From the NCBI GenBank assembly GCA_964473625.1, contig CAYYPT010000003.1:1-41287 (forward strand): a DNA stretch of 41,287 bases, read 5' to 3'. Each line of letters opens with the position of its first letter. The first letter of the stretch is position 1. Under the pieces are notes generated by a model. It worked only from the letters and a program-made list of their open reading frames with translations, was not told the origin of the DNA and made no database searches. The position numbers and the translations under genes were made by a program. The stretch comes from an uncultured bacterium. Lineage in GTDB: Bacteria > Zhuqueibacterota > QNDG01 > DSAB01. Positions 37,686-41,287 of the stretch are shown piece after piece.

Positions 37686-38312
37686 ATGGAAGAAGATGTT
37701 TATTTTACTGTTAAGAAACGAGCATCTGCCGAAATCAAAGTAAAAGGCTCTCGTTTCATCGGACATGCGGCACCAATAAAAAGTCGTGAAGAAGCTGATT
37801 CGTTTGTAAAAGAAGTTTCAAAAAAATACTATGATGCAACTCATAACTGTTTTGCTTACAAAGTAGATATAAAAGAATTATCTCTATTCCGAACCAGCGA
37901 TGCAGGAGAACCCTCTGGTACTGCGGGAAAACCAATCTTAAATGCTATCGAGGGGTTGGGACTTACAAACGTAGTTTGTGTGGTCACTCGCTACTTTGGA
38001 GGCATAAAGCTTGGAACCGGCGGATTGGCCAGAGCATACAGTGAGTGTGCCCGAGAAACGCTGAAGAGAGGGGAAAAGGTTAAACGCTTTCAGACTGCTA
38101 CTATAAAAATTGTTTTAAGCTATGAACTAACAGGTGTTGTTATGAATCTTATATCGGCTCACGACTGTCAGATAGAAAACACCGTTTATGGATCCGAAGT
38201 AGAAATGGTCCTTCGGATCAGACAAGCCAGTATAGATCGTTTTAAACAGAACCTCATAGATTCTACTTCAGGCAGAGTAAAAATATTGAGAGAGGAGGTG
38301 TCGACCCGTTAA
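37686..38312 (+). CDS. yigZ: YigZ / IMPACT-family protein (UPF0029)
   Basis: 208 aa with KGSRFIGHAAP...ATHNCFAYKV...DAGEPSGTAGKPIL hallmark motifs. Confidence 0.85.
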   Translation: MEEDVYFTVKKRASAEIKVKGSRFIGHAAPIKSREEADSFVKEVSKKYYDATHNCFAYKVDIKELSLFRTSDAGEPSGTAGKPILNAIEGLGLTNVVCVVTRYFGGIKLGTGGLARAYSECARETLKRGEKVKRFQTATIKIVLSYELTGVVMNLISAHDCQIENTVYGSEVEMVLRIRQASIDRFKQNLIDSTSGRVKILREEVSTR

Positions 38313-39513
38313 AGCTGTTTTTCTTTTAATTGCTTTTTGTTCTTCCGCTTTCTTTTCCGGAGCTGAAATTGCTCTTACTTCGGTAAGACGTATCACATTT
38401 GAAATCTGGATAAAACGAGGGAAAAAGGGAGCAAAACAAGTTTTCACTTTTCTCCAGAAGCCAGAACGATTTCTTGCAACAACCTTAGTAGGAACAAACA
38501 TTGCCAATGTAGCAGCTGCATCACTGATGGCAATATATCTTACAAAATACTTGAATGGATTTGCCATCACTGCTGTAAGTTCAATTTTACTTCTTCTCTT
38601 TGGGGAGATCCTACCAAAATCAATAGCACGACAAAAAGCCTCTTTTTTTACGCTCCATTTTTCCTTTTTATTGCGGATTATTTATTTTGTGCTTTATCCG
38701 CTTATATGGCTTGTTACAGCACTTTCCCGGCTTTTACTTAAACTTTTAGGTATGGAAAAAGGAAGCGTTAAAAGATTTTTTACCCGCAAGGACATGGAAA
38801 TGCTCGTAAAAGAAGGAGAACAAGGTGGACTGGTAAATAAAGATGAGAGAGGGTTAATTTCCCGATTCATTCTACGCAGTAACCAGAAAGTCCGAGATAT
38901 TATGATCCCACGAACAGAGATCATAGCAGTAAAAGAAAATGAATCCATCAGCAAGGTACTTAATATTTTTGAAAAAACAGGATATTCACGCCTTCCTGTA
39001 ATGGGCAAAACAATGGATGAAATATTGGGCTTTGTCACTGCCAAAGATATTTTATTAAAAGAACCAACTAACTTGCGACAGGTCATGAGAAATCTTCTTT
39101 TTGTCCCAGAAACCAGAGTAATAGCAAATCTTCTTCGGGAGATGCAGGAAAAAAGAATTGGAATGGCAATTGTTGTGGATGAATATGGCGGCACTGCAGG
39201 ACTGGTCACGCTGGAGGACATAGTCGAAGAATTCTTTGGTGATATTCAGGATGAGTTCGATGAAGACACAAATCTATATCGGAAAATTGGACCTCATCAG
39301 ATAGATGTTAATGCGAAAATCCATGTGGACGAACTAAACGAACGATTTGGTTTGAATCTTCCTGTTGGAGAATACAAAACCCTGGGTGGTCTATTAATAG
39401 AACATTTAGGCCGCATCCCAAAACGTCAGGAAAAAATAGAAATAGGCACACGTACTTTCATTATTCTCTCGGCTTCCAAGAAAAAAATCAACTGGGTGAG
39501 GATTGTGAGATAA
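38308..39513 (+). CDS. HlyC/CorC-family transporter (DUF21-CBS pair-CorC_HlyC); start codon non-canonical or damaged
   Basis: The ORF track calls only 38527-39513. The same frame is open from 38290 and encodes clear DUF21 sequence (AVFLLIAFCSSAFFSGAEIALTS...TLVGTNIANVAAA). No ATG/GTG/TTG occurs before 38527. In-frame GTT at 38308 lies 9 nt after GAGGAGGTG. Confidence 0.8.
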   Translation, partial: VKAVFLLIAFCSSAFFSGAEIALTSVRRITFEIWIKRGKKGAKQVFTFLQKPERFLATTLVGTNIANVAAASLMAIYLTKYLNGFAITAVSSILLLLFGEILPKSIARQKASFFTLHFSFLLRIIYFVLYPLIWLVTALSRLLLKLLGMEKGSVKRFFTRKDMEMLVKEGEQGGLVNKDERGLISRFILRSNQKVRDIMIPRTEIIAVKENESISKVLNIFEKTGYSRLPVMGKTMDEILGFVTAKDILLKEPTNLRQVMRNLLFVPETRVIANLLREMQEKRIGMAIVVDEYGGTAGLVTLEDIVEEFFGDIQDEFDEDTNLYRKIGPHQIDVNAKIHVDELNERFGLNLPVGEYKTLGGLLIEHLGRIPKRQEKIEIGTRTFIILSASKKKINWVRIVR

Positions 39514-39537
39514 TTCCCATAAATGGAGTAAAGTATA

Positions 39538-40256
39538 ATGGGAAAAGCTATCTTTGTTTTAGCATTATCACTTTCTGCATTCTCTCTCAATCTTAATGCA
39601 CAACAGCAGAATGTGTTACAAACTGATGAGACCATCTCTTCTGCAGAAGAGTTTGTTAAACTTCTTGCAAAGGGAGATTTTTCCCATGCTGTGATGGAAT
39701 TTGACAGCACAATGCATACGGTAATGTCTGAGGAAAAAACTAAAGAATTATGGAATTCCCTTGTTTCACAAATCGGTCATTTCAAGAAAGAGATCGGTGC
39801 TAGAAAAGAAAGACACAAACAATACGACATCGTTTTTATAACCTGTGAATTTGAGAAATCTTCTATCGACGTGAAAATTGTCTTCAACAGGGAAAAAGAA
39901 ATTTCTGGTCTCTTGGTCCGAACAAACCTTTCCGTGACCTGGCCTGGGGATTAGCTTCTCAGGGGGTTGCTGTACTCAGGTATGAAAAACGTACAAAAGC
40001 TCACTCAGGCAAACTTGTTTCCATGATGAAGCACTTTACAGTAAAAGAAGAAACTATTGAAGATGCTCTAAAAGCTGTAGCTCTCTTGCGCCACACAAAA
40101 GGAATTAATCCCCAAAAGATATTTGTCCTGGGCCACAGCCTGGGAGGAATGCTCATACCCAGAATCGGGGCTCTCGATTCCAATATTGCTGGATTTATCA
40201 TTATGGCCGGAACAACACGCCCCTTAGAAGACGTTACTAAACTTTGGCAAATTTGA
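39538..40256 (+). pseudogene. DUF3887-alpha/beta hydrolase, disrupted (internal deletion/frameshift, 3' truncation)
   Basis: ORF 39538-39954 is a signal peptide plus a DUF3887-like domain. From ~39917 the next frame reads GPNKPFRDLAWGLASQGVAVLRYEKRTKAH and continues into ORF 40023-40256, which carries the nucleophile elbow GHSLGG. The segment normally lying between the two domains is absent, and the frame ends early at 40256. Confidence 0.7.
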
Positions 40257-40499
40257 GATTAGAGTGGTTGCTCTATGATCCCCCAGTATATCTATGCTGG
40301 GCGAGCTCCTGAACTTCGGCAGGTTTTTAAAGCGGCGACATGTTGCCGCAATCCAAAATATGGAAGATAAATAAAGGAGGGGAAGAGCGGCATGCTTTTT
40401 CGTTTCATCTTAAGAAAAAAGAAAAAAATCTTTAAAGAGACAAACAATGTTTACTGCATGGATTACACATAGAAGGCATTCAGAAAAAACAAAAAAAAG

Positions 40500-40527
40500 T
40501 TGACAATTTGTTTTTTTATATTATATT
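40500..40527 (+). promoter_or_regulatory. Sigma-70-like promoter upstream of the FadL-like gene
   Basis: TTGACA (40500-40505), a 16-nt spacer and TATATT (40522-40527), preceded by an A-tract (UP-like). It lies ~165 nt upstream of the ATG at 40692. Confidence 0.5.
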
Positions 40528-40691
40528 AGAAAAATAACATACCGCTATATTCATGATAATAACAACAAACTTTACTGCCACAGATCAAGAGAGCACTGGA
40601 GAAAGGAGGTGAGAATCTAAATTATCCCTATTATTATTCAAATGGGGGGAGTGATTTTTGTAAATCTTTAACCCGAATCCGGGAGGATAAA

Positions 40692-41287
40692 ATGGTACGT
40701 AAACTTTTAATTGTAGGATTTTCTATTTTTATTGTGGTAATTTTAGCCACAACCGCTTTTGCAAGTAATGGAACACAAATAGGAACAGTTGGCGCAAGAT
40801 CCACCAGTATGGGAAGTTGTTTCAGAGGGCTGGCTGATGATTGGAGTGCCGTCTTTTTCAATCCGGCAGGTTTGACACAGCTCGGTAAGTGGACAATAGG
40901 GGGATCTACAGGACTCATTATCCCAAGAGGAAGTTATACAGCAGATCCCTATCCAGTATATCCCTTCTCCGGAATGTATACAACTCAGGTTGATGCAACC
41001 CCAAAGAATTTCTATGTTCCCAGCATAGGTGTTTTCTACAAACCTTCGGAAAAACTTGTGGTAGGCGTAGGTGTTTATGCTCCTTTTGGTCTGGGTACTG
41101 AATGGGATCTCTTAACGTTACCTCTCTCGTACGGTAATGCAACAGGTATATCCAAACAAAACGAAACTTACAGTGATCATCAGGTAATCGATGTTCAGCC
41201 AACAGTTGCTTTTAAACTATCAGAAAAAATTTCTGTGGGATTGGGTGTAAGTTACGTATGGGGCAAGATGACAATTGATCAGGTGGT
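40692..41287 (+). CDS. FadL/TodX-family outer-membrane hydrophobic-compound transporter (3' end outside window)
   Basis: Not in the ORF track because there is no stop within the window. ATG at 40692 follows GGGAGGA. Hand translation gives MVRKLLIVGFSIFIVVILATTAFASNGTQIGTVGARSTSMGSCFRGLADDWSAVFFNPAGL..., which matches the FadL N-terminal signature. The frame stays open to the window end. Confidence 0.75.
   Translation, partial: MVRKLLIVGFSIFIVVILATTAFASNGTQIGTVGARSTSMGSCFRGLADDWSAVFFNPAGLTQLGKWTIGGSTGLIIPRGSYTADPYPVYPFSGMYTTQVDATPKNFYVPSIGVFYKPSEKLVVGVGVYAPFGLGTEWDLLTLPLSYGNATGISKQNETYSDHQVIDVQPTVAFKLSEKISVGLGVSYVWGKMTIDQV

Noticed and set aside
38290-38312. Possible programmed +1 frameshift fusing YigZ to the CorC-type protein (an SD-like GAGGAGGTG upstream of the yigZ stop, reminiscent of prfB).
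   Set aside because: The codons before the TAA (ACC CGT) offer no plausible +1 re-pairing. A YigZ-DUF21 fusion makes no topological sense. The SD-like element is better explained as the ribosome-binding site of the downstream gene.
38694-39221. A 175-aa minus-strand ORF, plus 38268-38570 and 39426-39710 on the minus strand.
   Set aside because: They lie antisense to the CBS/CorC transporter and neighbouring genes. They are Ser/Ile-rich shadow translations with no start context.
40392-40472. A 26-codon ORF (MLFRFILRKKKKIFKETNNVYCMDYT) downstream of a strong AAGGAGG.
   Set aside because: It is read largely from an A-rich low-complexity tract in rearranged DNA next to the pseudogene. It has no recognisable features and no support beyond the SD-like sequence. 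It is mentioned only within the leader finding.
40634-41202. Two 94-aa minus-strand ORFs (40634-40918 and 40918-41202).
   Set aside because: They lie antisense to the FadL-like gene. That gene's + strand frame has a clear family signature, signal peptide and ribosome-binding site.
1-41287. A search for CRISPR repeats, IS elements or transposases, integrases, tRNA/rRNA genes and long direct repeats.
   Set aside because: I recognised none while reading the intergenic regions (15500-15640, 16784-16953, 19138-19387, 24631-25506, 31368-31446, 31999-32159, 40257-40691) or the ORF translations. A tool-based scan could still find short repeats that I missed.

Overview
This is a 41.3-kb window from an AT-rich Gram-negative bacterium (roughly 40% GC by eye). 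The gene content suggests an FCB-superphylum-like or related uncultivated lineage: TonB-dependent receptors with carboxypeptidase-regulatory N-domains, a 1.3-kaa C25/gingipain-family peptidase with a FlgD-Ig/T9SS-like C-terminal domain, and FadL. Taxonomy cannot be fixed from this window alone.

The window falls into three blocks.

(1) nt 1-15499, + strand. The 3' end of tuf is followed by an uninterrupted S10-spc-alpha ribosomal superoperon of 31 complete genes in canonical order. It runs from rpsJ to rplQ and includes secY, adk, map, infA, rpmJ and rpoA.

(2) nt 15641-31998, - strand, accessory block.
- An orphan OLD/AAA15-type ABC ATPase that appears to stop where a Toprim domain should begin.
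- Two cobalamin riboswitches. One precedes a BtuB-like TonB receptor. The other, with an intrinsic terminator, heads a four-gene operon: an S-component-like membrane protein, a BtuB-like receptor, and the anaerobic RNR genes nrdD and nrdG.
- A GC-rich, ORF-poor ~350-nt island next to a 26-codon hydrophobic ORF.
- A tightly coupled six-gene envelope operon: TlpA-like thioredoxin, TonB receptor, phospholipase-B-like Ntn hydrolase, small OM barrel, PlsC-like acyltransferase and ferredoxin.

(3) nt 32160-41287, + strand.
- A CDF transporter with an apparently duplicated C-terminal domain.
- The C25 peptidase.
- A Cys-deficient IscU-like protein.
- YigZ.
- A CorC/HlyC transporter with no canonical start codon.
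- A decayed DUF3887/alpha-beta-hydrolase pseudogene.
- A partial FadL-like gene.

I recognised no rRNA, tRNA, CRISPR array, transposase or integrase.

The best candidates for something new are the uncharacterised envelope/lipid operon (25.5-32.0 kb), the B12-riboswitch operon that fuses corrinoid uptake to nrdDG, and the GC-rich putative structured-RNA island. None can be proven from sequence reading alone.
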